DNA of 64,000 nt from Planktothricoides raciborskii GIHE-MW2 (GCF_040564635.1 NZ_CP159837.1:99801-163800), one strand, 5' to 3'; shown: positions 9,067 through 19,575, counted from the stretch's first letter. The notes: a model not told the origin generated them from the letters alone. Numbers and translations: made by a program.

Positions 9067-10479
9067 TTAAACTGCCCGATCGCCCAAAAAAGACTTTAAG
9101 TGCCAAGCTAATTGGTGCAGTTTTTGGATTTGAATCGTTGTTTCAGCGATGCCACAAGCCATAGTCATACCGATTTCCTCTAATTGCTCTTTAGAATCCA
9201 ACAGTTGCTCGCTATTAGCCGCTTGCTGTTGGCTAGACAACGCCAATTGTGAAATCTGAATTTTAATTTGTTCACACAGAATCAACAGGCGATCGCTCAA
9301 TTCACTAGGACTGGTGAATCCATCATGGCTGATTAAATCCGGGCTGATTGGGTATTGATTGTTTCCCCCCCAACTGGGGGCATAAAAAGAGATATTCGAG
9401 GCCAGATTCGCCGATTCACCGACAATTTGATTCAGTGTGCGATCCAGTTTTTGCGCGTAATTGGTTATATTTTTAAGTTCGGTATTTAAAAACAAAAACA
9501 TTCGATAATTTTCTGTATATTTATGGCCAATTTTCAGGCTAATATTAAGGGAAAGTTTTTTGCTGTAATCCACTAGGCGATCGCTAATTTCCCGGAGAGA
9601 TTTAATCTGCTGAAGCTGAGAACGAACTTCGCTCAAATGTATGGAAAGTTCGGCAAAATCTCGATCGATGGATGTGGAATTTTCCCTGGATAACTGGCAA
9701 AATTCACGTAATTCTTGCAGTTGAGGCGTGGTGAGACTCAATATCTGGGCTTGATTTTGGCCACTCTGTTGGTGATCGTTCATTTCTTGGACGATCGCCC
9801 CTGAAGATTTTACTATGGGTTCAAGCAACTGCTTCGCCTTGCCCAAAATGCGATCGGCCATCACCAAACCCAGGGCGATCGCCAACAGGGAAAAAATCAA
9901 AGTCGCCAAAGCCCCCAGGAACACTAACTGCCGCATTGAAGTATTAACTGCTTGGATTTTTAGCGACTCTGCGTGAATTTCGGCCATTCTCACCCGCTCA
10001 ATTTCTGCGGTTAATGCTAACCAAATTTGCCGACTTTCATCCGCACCAATAGCCCGAATCGCCTGGTCAGTTTTTCCGGATGCGATCGAAGCTAAAATAT
10101 ATTGATTTAAATCATTTAATTCTTTAGCCAGGAGCAAAATTTTTTGTCCCGAATTTGCCGATTCGAGCGGCATATCTGTTTTCCGTTGCTCCCAAACAGC
10201 GATCGCATTGTTCAATTGCCGCAAATTGACATCATAAGACTCAAGAAAAACCTGGTCTTTTGTACTAACATAGCCCAAGATAGATTCTTGGAGTTTAATT
10301 TTAGCCTCAGACAGTTGATTTGCCAGTAAGTTTTGGCTAATTTCTGGGGTTTGGTGGGCAAATTTTTGAGCATTCAGGTAAAAGTAAGCAGGGGCGATCG
10401 CTCCAGGAATACTTAAAAACACCAGATAAACTAAATAAGACAAAAAAATGCGGGATTTCAGCGTTAAATTAGCCAACAT
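9067..10479 (-). CDS. Two-TM sensor protein with a CHASE3-like periplasmic region and a coiled-coil cytoplasmic tail; possibly a degenerate MCP
   Basis: TM1 (IFLSYLVYLVFLSIP) is followed by a ~150-aa periplasmic region and TM2 (LVFLGALATLIFSLLAIALGLV), then a long coiled coil. The canonical MCP tip is absent; only a degenerate SLNISLKIG stretch remains. Confidence 0.35.
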   Translation of the reverse strand: MLANLTLKSRIFLSYLVYLVFLSIPGAIAPAYFYLNAQKFAHQTPEISQNLLANQLSEAKIKLQESILGYVSTKDQVFLESYDVNLRQLNNAIAVWEQRKTDMPLESANSGQKILLLAKELNDLNQYILASIASGKTDQAIRAIGADESRQIWLALTAEIERVRMAEIHAESLKIQAVNTSMRQLVFLGALATLIFSLLAIALGLVMADRILGKAKQLLEPIVKSSGAIVQEMNDHQQSGQNQAQILSLTTPQLQELREFCQLSRENSTSIDRDFAELSIHLSEVRSQLQQIKSLREISDRLVDYSKKLSLNISLKIGHKYTENYRMFLFLNTELKNITNYAQKLDRTLNQIVGESANLASNISFYAPSWGGNNQYPISPDLISHDGFTSPSELSDRLLILCEQIKIQISQLALSSQQQAANSEQLLDSKEQLEEIGMTMACGIAETTIQIQKLHQLAWHLKSFLGDRAV

Positions 10480-10936
10480 GATTCTCCTAGAAATGGCACA
10501 TTAGCCCTTGTGAACTGAGTAAGCATTGCCAGTCAATTCCTTTATTCGAGGATAATCCGCCATTATCCGTATTCTGGTCTAGATTTAATTTTGTTGTTGG
10601 TTGTTGGTTGTTGGGTAGGGATTCTTTGTTGGTTGGGGAACGGGGAACAGTTATCGGGGAACGGGGAAAGTGAAAAGTTAAAAGTGAAAAGTGATGCATT
10701 GAAAAGTCGTAGGGGCTTTCTGGCCATATAGCCTGACGGATTATGCTTCGCAAGGACGCCCGTACAAGTGAAAAGTTAAAAGTGAAAATTCGTAGGGGCT
10801 TTCTGGCCATATAGCCTGACGGATTATGCTTCGCAAGGAAGCCCGTACAAAAGAAGTATCACTATTCACTATCTACTATTGACTATTAATTATTAACTAT
10901 TTATTATTTAATATTCGTTATTTACTATTTATTATT

Positions 10937-11139
10937 CACTATTCCCTGTTCCCTGTTCCCTGTTCCCTGTTCCCTATTCCCTGTTCCCTATTCCCTGTTC
11001 CCTATTCCCTGTTCCCTGTTCCCTGTTCCCTATTCCCTGTTCCCTATTCCCTGTTCCCTATTCCCTGTTCCCTGTTCCCTATTCCCTGTTCCCTATTCCC
11101 TGTTCCCTATTCCCTGTTCCCTGTTCCCTATTCCCTGTT
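10937..11139. repeat. Heptanucleotide array (TTCCCTG/TTCCCTA)n of about 28 copies, STRR-like
   Basis: The array is read directly. The complementary heptamer GGGAACR appears about 300 bp upstream at 10620-10650. A ~62-bp direct duplication at 10670-10860 lies between the two. Confidence 0.9.
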
Positions 11140-11240
11140 GTTAGTTGTTGTTTGGGTAGGGATTCTTTGGTTATTTGCTATTTGCTATTTTTTATGGGCG
11201 GTTGGTTATTTGCATTCACCTGGCGATCGGCAATATTTTA

Positions 11241-11297
11241 GGGGCGAAGCATTCGCGCAGATATCTTGTCACTTCAACCCTGATGTCTATGCGCGAA
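11241..11297. other. 17-bp-stem inverted repeat directly downstream of cheB; possible transcript-end hairpin
   Basis: GGGGCGAAGCATTCGCGC ... GCGCGAATGCTTCGCCC. No clear U-run follows. The same GGGCGAAGCATTCG motif recurs at 63186-63455. Confidence 0.4.
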
Positions 11298-11311
11298 TGC
11301 TTCGCCCTTAA

Positions 11312-12358
11312 TTAAAATAAAGCCAGAATCGCGTTGGCCATATTTTCCAGTGTCACCACGCGATCGCTTAACCCAGCTTCCACCACCGACCGAGGCATAC
11401 CATAGACCACACAACTAGATTCTGCTTCAGTAAAAATCATGCCCCCTTGGGATTTAATCCAGGCAGCACCTTGTTTGCCATCATTACCCATTCCGGTCAT
11501 CACAATGCCCAAAACACGGTCGCGATAGACTTCAGCCGCCGATTCAAACATCACATCCACACTAGGACGATGCAAAGTATCAAAAGGACGAGTATCCAAA
11601 TGAGTCATCACCGTATTTGTCACCGGCCTGCGAATAAACGTTAAATGTCGGCCTGCGGGTGCGATCATCACCATTCCAGGTTTCAAATCTTCTCCTTCCA
11701 CCGCCTCAACCACGGTCAGCGCAGAAATGTTATTCAGTCGTTCGGCATAAAGTTTTGTATAACCCACGGGCATATGCAACACAATCGCCACTGGGACGGG
11801 CAAATTCCTAGGCAACTGGGGAATCAAATAGGTGAGGGCTTGTGGACCGCCAGTAGAAATCCCAATTGCAATTAAATCGAGGGATTTAGATGTCATTGTT
11901 TTGACAATGGGCTGCTGAACTTCTGGGAGGAACTTTTTCGCTGGCATCCCCTTGGGATGGACTTTCGCCGCCGCTTTGACTTTCTCGATCAACTCCTCAG
12001 TCAGATCAAATATCTTTTCATTAGCCAGTGCAGTAGGTTTTTGCACAAAATCAACAGCCCCCTCATTCAGAGCCGCTAAAGCCATTTCCCCCGCCTCATC
12101 AGCAATGCTAACAATCACCACCGGAATAGGAAACTTGGACATTTGCGCTTTGAGAAACTGCACCCCATCCATATTGGGCATAATTAAGTCTAATGTAATC
12201 ACATCCGGTTGGAGTTCTTCGACTTTGTTTAACGCTTCTTCTCCATCGGTTGCAGCTCCCACCACTTCAATGAACGGACTGCGTAAGAGCATTTGCTTCA
12301 CGACTTTCCGTACATAAGCTGAATCATCCACCACTAAAACTTTGACCACCCGATCCAT
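11312..12358 (-). CDS. cheB: Chemotaxis response regulator protein-glutamate methylesterase CheB
   Basis: An N-terminal receiver (VLVVDDSAYVRKVVKQML..D..MPNMDG) is joined to a C-terminal CheB methylesterase domain (GISTGGPQAL, GMIFTEAESSCVVYGMP). Confidence 0.9.
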   Translation of the reverse strand: MDRVVKVLVVDDSAYVRKVVKQMLLRSPFIEVVGAATDGEEALNKVEELQPDVITLDLIMPNMDGVQFLKAQMSKFPIPVVIVSIADEAGEMALAALNEGAVDFVQKPTALANEKIFDLTEELIEKVKAAAKVHPKGMPAKKFLPEVQQPIVKTMTSKSLDLIAIGISTGGPQALTYLIPQLPRNLPVPVAIVLHMPVGYTKLYAERLNNISALTVVEAVEGEDLKPGMVMIAPAGRHLTFIRRPVTNTVMTHLDTRPFDTLHRPSVDVMFESAAEVYRDRVLGIVMTGMGNDGKQGAAWIKSQGGMIFTEAESSCVVYGMPRSVVEAGLSDRVVTLENMANAILALF

Positions 12359-12409
12359 AAAAATTACCTATAGAAGAATATATTTTGACTCACCATTAAA
12401 AATCTATGA

Positions 12410-13258
12410 TTATACTTTTTTTTGATACACAAATGCTCCATTAATCTGCTCCAAATCAAAGTCATTCGTTAACCTTAATAAAGATTCGGAAGCACTCACA
12501 AATAAATAACCAGGCACTGGCATCATTTGAGCAAATATCTGCAAGGTTTTTTTGATGGCTTCCTGCGAAAAATAAATAAACACATTGCGGCAAAAAATAA
12601 ACGGCGCTGTGGCCATAGGACGGACATCATGTTCACTCATCAAATTCCTATTAGACCATTGGACTCGTTGATGAATTTCTGGAAGAATTTTCCAGGCGTT
12701 TTGATCCTGCTGCTGAAAATATTTTTTTTGCAAATATAAAGGGAAACTGCGAAAAGAACGTTCTCGGTATAAACCTCGTTTGGCCATTTCAATCGATCTA
12801 GCACTGCCATCACTAGCATAAATCTCGATCGGTAAACCTTGATGAAACCAACCTTTTTCATTCAAAGCCATCGCAATGGTTAACGGTTCTTCTCCCGTGG
12901 CACAGGCCGCACTCCAAATTCTTAAAGGTTCTTGATTTCCCTGGGCAAAATATTGGGGGACTAAGACATCAACCATTGATTTAATTTGATCAAACTCCCG
13001 CCAAAAAAATGTTTCTGGCACGGAAATAATATTCATCAACTGTATCCACTCCTCTTTCGCTCCAGCATCATATTTTAGCAAATAATAGTAGTCCAAAAAC
13101 GAGTCTAATCCCAAGGTGAAAATCCGAGGAGCTAATTTATCTTGTAGTATTTGGCATTGGCTTTGATCGTAATGAACTCCTGTATGTGTTTCAATTAAAT
13201 CTCGTAGTAGTTGAAAAGTTGTCCCGGACAAGTGTAAAGAGTCTGAATTAAATTCCAT
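12410..13258 (-). CDS. cheR: Chemotaxis protein methyltransferase CheR
   Basis: It has the CheR N-terminal domain, TFFWREFDQ, and the SAM-binding motif RIWSAACATGEEPLTIAMAL. Confidence 0.9.
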   Translation of the reverse strand: MEFNSDSLHLSGTTFQLLRDLIETHTGVHYDQSQCQILQDKLAPRIFTLGLDSFLDYYYLLKYDAGAKEEWIQLMNIISVPETFFWREFDQIKSMVDVLVPQYFAQGNQEPLRIWSAACATGEEPLTIAMALNEKGWFHQGLPIEIYASDGSARSIEMAKRGLYRERSFRSFPLYLQKKYFQQQDQNAWKILPEIHQRVQWSNRNLMSEHDVRPMATAPFIFCRNVFIYFSQEAIKKTLQIFAQMMPVPGYLFVSASESLLRLTNDFDLEQINGAFVYQKKV

Positions 13259-13339
13259 ATCAAACTAATCAGTCATCATAAGTGGTTGTTGTTGGCTTAA
13301 CCAGCAAGTTAGCCAAGGAGTCGGAGGGCTTTCGGCGCC

Positions 13340-13432
13340 CGCCATCGGCTTTCGGAGCTTCGGGAGCTTCGGGAGCTTCGGGAGCTTCGGGAGCTTCGGG
13401 TGCTTCGGGAGCTTCGGGAGCGAAAGCCCCTC
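13340..13432. repeat. Nonamer tandem repeat (GCTTCGGGA) x about 10
   Basis: The repeat is read directly. It generates spurious ORFs on both strands. Confidence 0.9.
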
Positions 13433-13516
13433 ATCTTCCCTGCCGACGGCGGTCTCCTCTGCCCCTGATCTCCTCTGCTCCGAAAGCCCCTGAGCCGATC
13501 GCAGGCTGATCGCAGG

Positions 13517-16516
13517 TTAATCCTGGAGCAATTTTTGGGCTGCCCGACGGACTCTGGCATTGGGATCGTTACGAGTCATCATTTGCAGTTTTTCCTCGAT
13601 ACCACGATGACCTAGGTGTGCCAGGGCTCGGATACAGGATAAGCGAACGGAGGCATCGGTATCATCCAAGGCTTGCACTAATAGTCTGGAAGCGAGAGGA
13701 TGTTTAAATCGGGTCAGCACTTCCACCAATCCCGATCGCACCATTGGATCTGGGTGAGTCAACCCTTTAGCCAGCCATTCGATTTGTTCTTCAGTGGTAG
13801 GAGCAGAACCTGATATGCTTTGATGCCGGGGTAGAGCATTGGCGGTGAGGGCGGAAATTGCCGCTTCCCGATATTGTGAATGACATAAAAGCTCAATTAA
13901 AGTGGTTGTGGCTGATGCCGATCTCAATTCACCCAGGGTTTGAATGGCCACATTCACCACTCTGGTTTCACTTTCCTCATTGAGTAATTCTTCGATCGGC
14001 TCAACCACACTCTCGTTGCCACAGGTTCCCAGCATTTCTAAGGCATCAATCCGTCTGGTAGGCAAGGGAGATTTGAGGAGATCTAACAACGGTGTTAAAG
14101 CATCAGCATGACCAATGCTTCCCAAGGCAGCGATCGCCGTCCGCGCCACATCTTCCTCACTATTTCCTGAAGTGGCGAGGGGAGCTAAGGTTTGAACCAA
14201 AGTCGCTTTAATCTGATTCTGAAGCTCTAAAGACTCGGTTTTCTGAGCGAGAGACTTACCAATTTGTCCCAGGGCTTCGATCGCCGCCGCCCGAACATGA
14301 GTAGCGGGATCATTCTGGCTTAAGCGAGACAAAGGATCTAAGGCTTGAATATCCGCGTGCCATCCCAAAGACCGCGCACTATAATATCGTACCCAGGGTT
14401 CGATATCGTTTAAAGCCTGGAGCAGATGGGGGAGGGCTGTCTCTGGGTCTATTTGACCGAAAGCGCGGGCAGCGGAGGCTCGAACATTGGGCTGTTCATT
14501 GTGGATGGCTTCGACTAATGCCGCAATCACCCGATCGCTTTCTAAATAAGGCAGATGTTCGATCGCCGCCCGACGGACGCGATTATTAGGGTCGTGACAT
14601 AACTGCAAAAGCAAATCGACACAATTTGGCCAAGCAAAGTAACCAGCAATTTTCACCGCTGATTCCCGGACTTTGGGGTTTTCATCCTGTAAGCGCTGGA
14701 AAATTTGCCCGGACATATCGGGATGACCGAGAGAATTTAAAGCGGCGATCGCTGCTTGACGGACGCCTGCGTCCCCATTACCCAACAAGGACATCAGGGC
14801 TTCAAACGACCGGCGATCGCCTATTTTGGCCAAAGCCTCAGCCGCAACAATAATTAATTCTGGATCTGTGGGCAAATGAGCCAAACGCTCCAAAATAATC
14901 CACAGCCGTCTTTGCTCTTGTTCAGCCAGGGATAATTCTAATGAGGACTCAGAGGCAAAAGTTGAATCAATAGCACTTTGGGGGGAATCAAGGGGGGGAT
15001 TGATCCGCTGACTGTCAATATCCCCCAACACAACCGTCAGGGCTGGCACGGCCAAGGGATCGCCAATTTGTCCCAAAATCACCACCGCGCAGCGACGAGT
15101 TTCTAACTGCTCGGCGGTCAGTTGTTCAATTAACAGATTGCAGACCCGCGAGCGAATGTCTTTTCCTTGTCGGCCATAGTTAACCAAGGTTTCCATCACC
15201 ATTGAGCGGACGATGGGTTCGCCCAAGAGTTGCGTTAAAGCTTGTTCCACTGCCAGACCGGAACGCCAAGTTAACAGTAGGGTGACAGCGACGAGTTCTT
15301 CCCCCTTCGCTTCCGATAAAGCAGCAATGAGATTAGATTCCCCTTGCTGCTTGATGCCACGATTAGCTAAATCGGCAATATGCTGTCCTTCCCCATAAAC
15401 TTTTTCATATCGTTCATAGAGGGTGGCAATGGCTCGAGAAATGGCGATCGTTGGGCCATCTGGACTATTCAACAACTGGGCTAAAGGCTCGACGACTTGT
15501 TTATCCCCCAGTTTTCCCAAAGCCCCAGCAGCGGGTTCGCACAGCATTTCATCTTCCAGCAGGGGGACGAGGCGATCGGCCCCTAGGGGATCGCCAATCC
15601 GCATCAAAGCTTCCAAAGCCGGAAACGCTAAAAAGAAATCCCGAGATTCGGCAATTTCCGCCAAGGTTTCCACCGCTTCCACCGCCCTTAAGTTCCCCAA
15701 AGCCTCGATCGCGTGGTAGCGGACATTGATATCCTCATCTTTTAAAACTGCAATCAGGGGGGGAATGGCGCGGGGGTCTTTTTGTTCTCCCAACAACAAA
15801 GCGGTATAAATCCGCAGATCCGGATCTTCGCTTTGGGTCAGCCAATCGATCAGCGTCGGCAAAGTATCAATATTACTCAGGGCTAAGACCTGCAAGGCAC
15901 TATTGAGCGCACTTAGATTCGTATGTTCTTCGCGCAAGATGCTCAAGATGCGATTAATGGTGGTTTCTTGCGCTTGCACCACCAAGGTATTCACGGCGGT
16001 CTGACGTACCCGCCAACTTTCATCGCCCATCGCGGATACTAAAGGATTATCCGGTAAATCAGTGCTTTGATTGGCCAAAGCTTGCGCGGCTTGCAGGCGA
16101 ATGGTTTCATCGGGATTGGCCAATTTTTCGGCCATTTCTCGTTCTAGATCCATCAGCGGGGTGACATCCTCGATACTGATAGTTGTGCCGCGAATCCGAT
16201 CGCCTTCTCGCCAGGGGGAAATCGTCACCCGCTGCTGCATTTGTTGAAAATAGGCGGATGACTTGGTGGGGACACAAGGAATTAAGGGCTGATCGAAGTG
16301 AGGGGTGTTGGTTTGAATTTCCCCTTCATCTAACACCCGTTGAAATCGGGCTAACCAGTCCCCTAAATCCATATTGGGCGCGATCACATTCAAGGGTTTG
16401 CCGCACACAGTGGTAGATGACAGCCCGGTAATCTGTTCTAACAGCGGATCCCAAGAAGTCACCGTCAGATTTCTGTCTGTTTTTAGAATATAGATTTGAG
16501 AGTTAAACGAATACAT
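13517..16516 (-). CDS. 999-aa PBS-lyase-type HEAT-repeat protein with a ~130-aa non-HEAT N-terminal domain, in an operon-like arrangement with cheR-cheB
   Basis: HEAT-like units of the E/Z type recur more than 15 times, e.g. D..VR..A..ALG.IGD..A...L..LL.D.D..VR..A. Examples are DPDLRIYTALLLGEQKDPRAIPPLIAVLKDEDINVRYHAIEALGNL and DPMVRSGLVEVL. Confidence 0.8.
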   Translation of the reverse strand: MYSFNSQIYILKTDRNLTVTSWDPLLEQITGLSSTTVCGKPLNVIAPNMDLGDWLARFQRVLDEGEIQTNTPHFDQPLIPCVPTKSSAYFQQMQQRVTISPWREGDRIRGTTISIEDVTPLMDLEREMAEKLANPDETIRLQAAQALANQSTDLPDNPLVSAMGDESWRVRQTAVNTLVVQAQETTINRILSILREEHTNLSALNSALQVLALSNIDTLPTLIDWLTQSEDPDLRIYTALLLGEQKDPRAIPPLIAVLKDEDINVRYHAIEALGNLRAVEAVETLAEIAESRDFFLAFPALEALMRIGDPLGADRLVPLLEDEMLCEPAAGALGKLGDKQVVEPLAQLLNSPDGPTIAISRAIATLYERYEKVYGEGQHIADLANRGIKQQGESNLIAALSEAKGEELVAVTLLLTWRSGLAVEQALTQLLGEPIVRSMVMETLVNYGRQGKDIRSRVCNLLIEQLTAEQLETRRCAVVILGQIGDPLAVPALTVVLGDIDSQRINPPLDSPQSAIDSTFASESSLELSLAEQEQRRLWIILERLAHLPTDPELIIVAAEALAKIGDRRSFEALMSLLGNGDAGVRQAAIAALNSLGHPDMSGQIFQRLQDENPKVRESAVKIAGYFAWPNCVDLLLQLCHDPNNRVRRAAIEHLPYLESDRVIAALVEAIHNEQPNVRASAARAFGQIDPETALPHLLQALNDIEPWVRYYSARSLGWHADIQALDPLSRLSQNDPATHVRAAAIEALGQIGKSLAQKTESLELQNQIKATLVQTLAPLATSGNSEEDVARTAIAALGSIGHADALTPLLDLLKSPLPTRRIDALEMLGTCGNESVVEPIEELLNEESETRVVNVAIQTLGELRSASATTTLIELLCHSQYREAAISALTANALPRHQSISGSAPTTEEQIEWLAKGLTHPDPMVRSGLVEVLTRFKHPLASRLLVQALDDTDASVRLSCIRALAHLGHRGIEEKLQMMTRNDPNARVRRAAQKLLQD

Positions 16517-16621
16517 AAGGCCTAAAAAATCAGAATTAAATTAATTACACTTCATTTTTTCAGATTTCTTTTCAGATTTCTTTTCAGATTTTTTCAGATT
16601 TTTATTTCTTGTTTATTTGTG

Positions 16622-16661
16622 AAACATAGAAATTTTGACCTAGGTCAAAATTTCTATGTTT
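16622..16661. promoter_or_regulatory. 40-bp perfect palindrome in the 0.9-kb intergenic region upstream of the HEAT-cheR-cheB unit
   Basis: AAACATAGAAATTTTGACCTAGGTCAAAATTTCTATGTTT is exactly self-complementary. Confidence 0.4.
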
Positions 16662-17452
16662 TATCCCATTGGGTATTTTTACCCCCATATGTTCAAAATT
16701 TTTCACAAACAACCTGAAAAAATCTAATATTTTTTGACCATTAATTTTCTAACATTAGAAAACCTTGTCTAACATTAGAAAACCTTGTCTAACATTGTCT
16801 ATTTTGATTGGGTGATGTCTTTTATATAAAAATACCAATATGGTTAAATTTTGTGATTGTTGAATCATTGGATTAAATCCATTGCTAAGGGGTGTGGGGT
16901 AATGTCTACCCCAATCATTAATTACAAAGGAGCGATGCCGCGCAGCGGATCCCGAAGCTTGCCCCCGCGAATGCGGGGGGGGAATCGCCCCTTTGCCGAA
17001 AGGTTCAGAAGCCTTAAACTTCCTCCTCAAAAGCCTAAATCGGTAATCAGCGATCGGTGGTTTCCCAGAAGAACCTAATCTGAGATTTTTCCACGATTTT
17101 TCGACTTTGCCATCCAAAAAGATCAAATCCGGTGAATGTGTGACAATAAATTATCCGGTCATCCCTGCCCACGGATCTTGCCGATTAAATATCGGTTGCT
17201 CTTGCGTTCAACCGACTGGCGGTTCTCAGGGGATGTGAGGAAAATCAAAATTATCGCTCGCTATTTCACCGGACTGAACCTGACCAATTGACTTTATTTT
17301 ATCCGATTGTGATATCCGATTGTGAGTCCTCGTGTGAGTCGTCGTGTGAGTCGTCGTGTGAGTCGTCAAACTTAGGTAAATTGCCAGGGTAAGCTCATCA
17401 AGCCTAGTCTCACCTTTGATTCCTGTCTTTGATTCCTGTCAAATATCACCAA

Positions 17453-19558
17453 TCAATCACTTAAGCGATCCATAATCATCGCCAATTGATTCGATCGTTC
17501 TAGCAAAGAAGAGGCGGCTTTTTGGGTCGTTTTCACCCCTTGAGCATTCCGTTCGGCAATGGTGGTGATTTCCTGAATCGCTTCCAGTTGGGCTGCTGCA
17601 AGCTGGGAATGATCCCGATTAGACTTGGTAATCTGACTAATCTGTTTATTCACGTTTTGGGCGGCAATGGTCATGTCCTTAATCGTGCGAGATTGTTCGG
17701 TCATCGCTTTGGACAGTTGCTCCGACTGCTGCCGCATACTTTCCACCGCTTGGGTAATTTGACCTGCGGCAACGGATTGACTACTCATGGACTTGTTCAC
17801 ATTGCCAATCATCCGAGTCAGTCGGTCTACCTCCTGAGAAATTTGTTCGCTGGCGGTGGCTTGTTCTGACAAAGCCCGGGCTGTAGTCGAAGCACTTCGG
17901 CGCATGGATTCCACTGCTTGCATAATTTGCTGCGAACCTTTCACCTGTTCCGCCGCTGCTTTACGGACTTGGGTGGTCAAGGAATTGGTATTTTGTGCCG
18001 CTTTTAAAACATCTCGAGCCGCACGAGCTTGCTCGTTCATCGCCTGGGTCACTTGCTGAGTGATTTTCCGCATTTGCAAGGTGGCGTCCACAATCGTTTG
18101 GGTGGATTTAGCTTGTTCTTTGGTGGCTTGAGCCACTTCTTTAGCTTGAATCACCGTAGTGTCGATCGCCTTTACCACATTTTGACCGGCGATCAGTTGT
18201 TCTTCTGTGGCTCGCATAATTTGTCCGACCACCTGGGTGGTTTCTTGAATCCCATTCAGAATGGTTTTTAACCCTTTAGCTCCTTCTTCCGCTTGAGTCG
18301 AACTCTGTTCTGCCACTCGTACCGCATCCGTGGACGCATTAATCGCTTCTTGAACCACCCCCTGTAACGTTTTAATAATAGAAGCAATCTCCGTAGTTGC
18401 CTGAGCCGCGCGATCTGCTAAATTACGGATTTCTTCCGCCACCACCGCGAACCCTCGTCCCGCCTCCCCAGCCCGGGCTGCTTCAATGGAGGCATTCAGG
18501 GAGAGTAAATTCGTCCGTTCAGAAATCAAATTAATCGTATCCACAATCGAACTAATTTCACTGGTGCGCTTGCCCATATCATTAATCACATCAGCAGATT
18601 GCACCATCGCATCCCGCACCCGGCCCATACCTTGAATCGCTTTTTGGATGGTTTCCCCACCATTTTGGGCATCGCGGGTGACTCTGGTGGTCAATTCCGA
18701 GGCTTGTTTCGTCAGATTATTTACACTGCGGATCGATCGCTCTAATTCTTGGGAACTCACTGCTGCGGTATTGGCTACATCGGTAATGCGTTCCGCATTT
18801 TGGGCTACCCCCTGAACCGATCGCCCCATTTCTTCCATTGACGTGGAGACATCTTGGACACTGGTGGCCAGATTTTCGATCGTCGCCGAGACTTGTTCAA
18901 TGGAAGTCCCCATTTCATTCATGGAGGCGGTAGTTTCTTCTGCGGCTGCGGTGACATCATCGGCATTTTGGGACACACTTTGAATCGAGCGGGTCATTTC
19001 CTCAATGGTCGCCGCAGTTTCATTAATGGAACTAGACAGACTATCCGTATCCCGACTCACACTTTTAATCGATGCGGCAATTTCATTCACTGAGCCACTG
19101 ACTTCATTGGCAGAAGTCGCCATGCTATCAGTATTTTCCGCCACATTTTTAATGGAAATATTGGTTTCTTGAATCGAGCTAGAGACTTGGCGGATCGCCG
19201 CCGTCAACTGTAATGAATTCCCAGAGACTTGCTCGCTGGATGCGGCCATTTCATTGATCGAGGAGACTAATTCTTCACTGGAATTAAACAAAGACTCCGC
19301 TTGTTGAGCGGTTTCTGCCAAGGTGACAGCGATCGACCGAGTTTGACTACGGGTTTCTTCCAGGGATTTCAACTGAGCCGTTGCGCCTTGTTGCACGTCC
19401 TCAGAAATCTGATAAATTTCATTAGCCGACGCCGTGACTTGATTGCCTTGATCCCGGACGCGGGCAATTTCTGCCGCTAACGCAAAATTATTGTCAGCTT
19501 GTTGAGGGGCTGCGGAAGATGAATTTCTATTATATTGGGGTTTAGGTTTGCGAGCCAT
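17453..19558 (-). CDS. Large soluble MCP (PilJ/HmpD-like) with extended repetitive coiled-coil arrays and no obvious TM segment
   Basis: It carries the MCP signature [37 protein letters not shown]. Many ~36-aa degenerate repeats (..[17 protein letters not shown]..) occur. There is no hydrophobic N-terminus. Confidence 0.8.
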   Translation of the reverse strand: MARKPKPQYNRNSSSAAPQQADNNFALAAEIARVRDQGNQVTASANEIYQISEDVQQGATAQLKSLEETRSQTRSIAVTLAETAQQAESLFNSSEELVSSINEMAASSEQVSGNSLQLTAAIRQVSSSIQETNISIKNVAENTDSMATSANEVSGSVNEIAASIKSVSRDTDSLSSSINETAATIEEMTRSIQSVSQNADDVTAAAEETTASMNEMGTSIEQVSATIENLATSVQDVSTSMEEMGRSVQGVAQNAERITDVANTAAVSSQELERSIRSVNNLTKQASELTTRVTRDAQNGGETIQKAIQGMGRVRDAMVQSADVINDMGKRTSEISSIVDTINLISERTNLLSLNASIEAARAGEAGRGFAVVAEEIRNLADRAAQATTEIASIIKTLQGVVQEAINASTDAVRVAEQSSTQAEEGAKGLKTILNGIQETTQVVGQIMRATEEQLIAGQNVVKAIDTTVIQAKEVAQATKEQAKSTQTIVDATLQMRKITQQVTQAMNEQARAARDVLKAAQNTNSLTTQVRKAAAEQVKGSQQIMQAVESMRRSASTTARALSEQATASEQISQEVDRLTRMIGNVNKSMSSQSVAAGQITQAVESMRQQSEQLSKAMTEQSRTIKDMTIAAQNVNKQISQITKSNRDHSQLAAAQLEAIQEITTIAERNAQGVKTTQKAASSLLERSNQLAMIMDRLSD

Positions 19559-19575
19559 AAGATAATTCTCCTAAG

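Noticed and set aside
13282-13560. ORFs 13282-13509 (+) and 13309-13560 (-) encoding (ASG)n or (RSS)n
   Set aside because: Both are generated by the GCTTCGGGA nonamer array in the cheR-HEAT spacer. Low complexity on both strands means they are artefacts.
16755-17126. Overlapping ORFs 16755-17126 (-) and 16857-17078 (+)
   Set aside because: They lie in the repeat-laden spacer next to the 40-bp palindrome. They are basic and low-complexity, and they overlap each other on opposite strands with no supporting signal.
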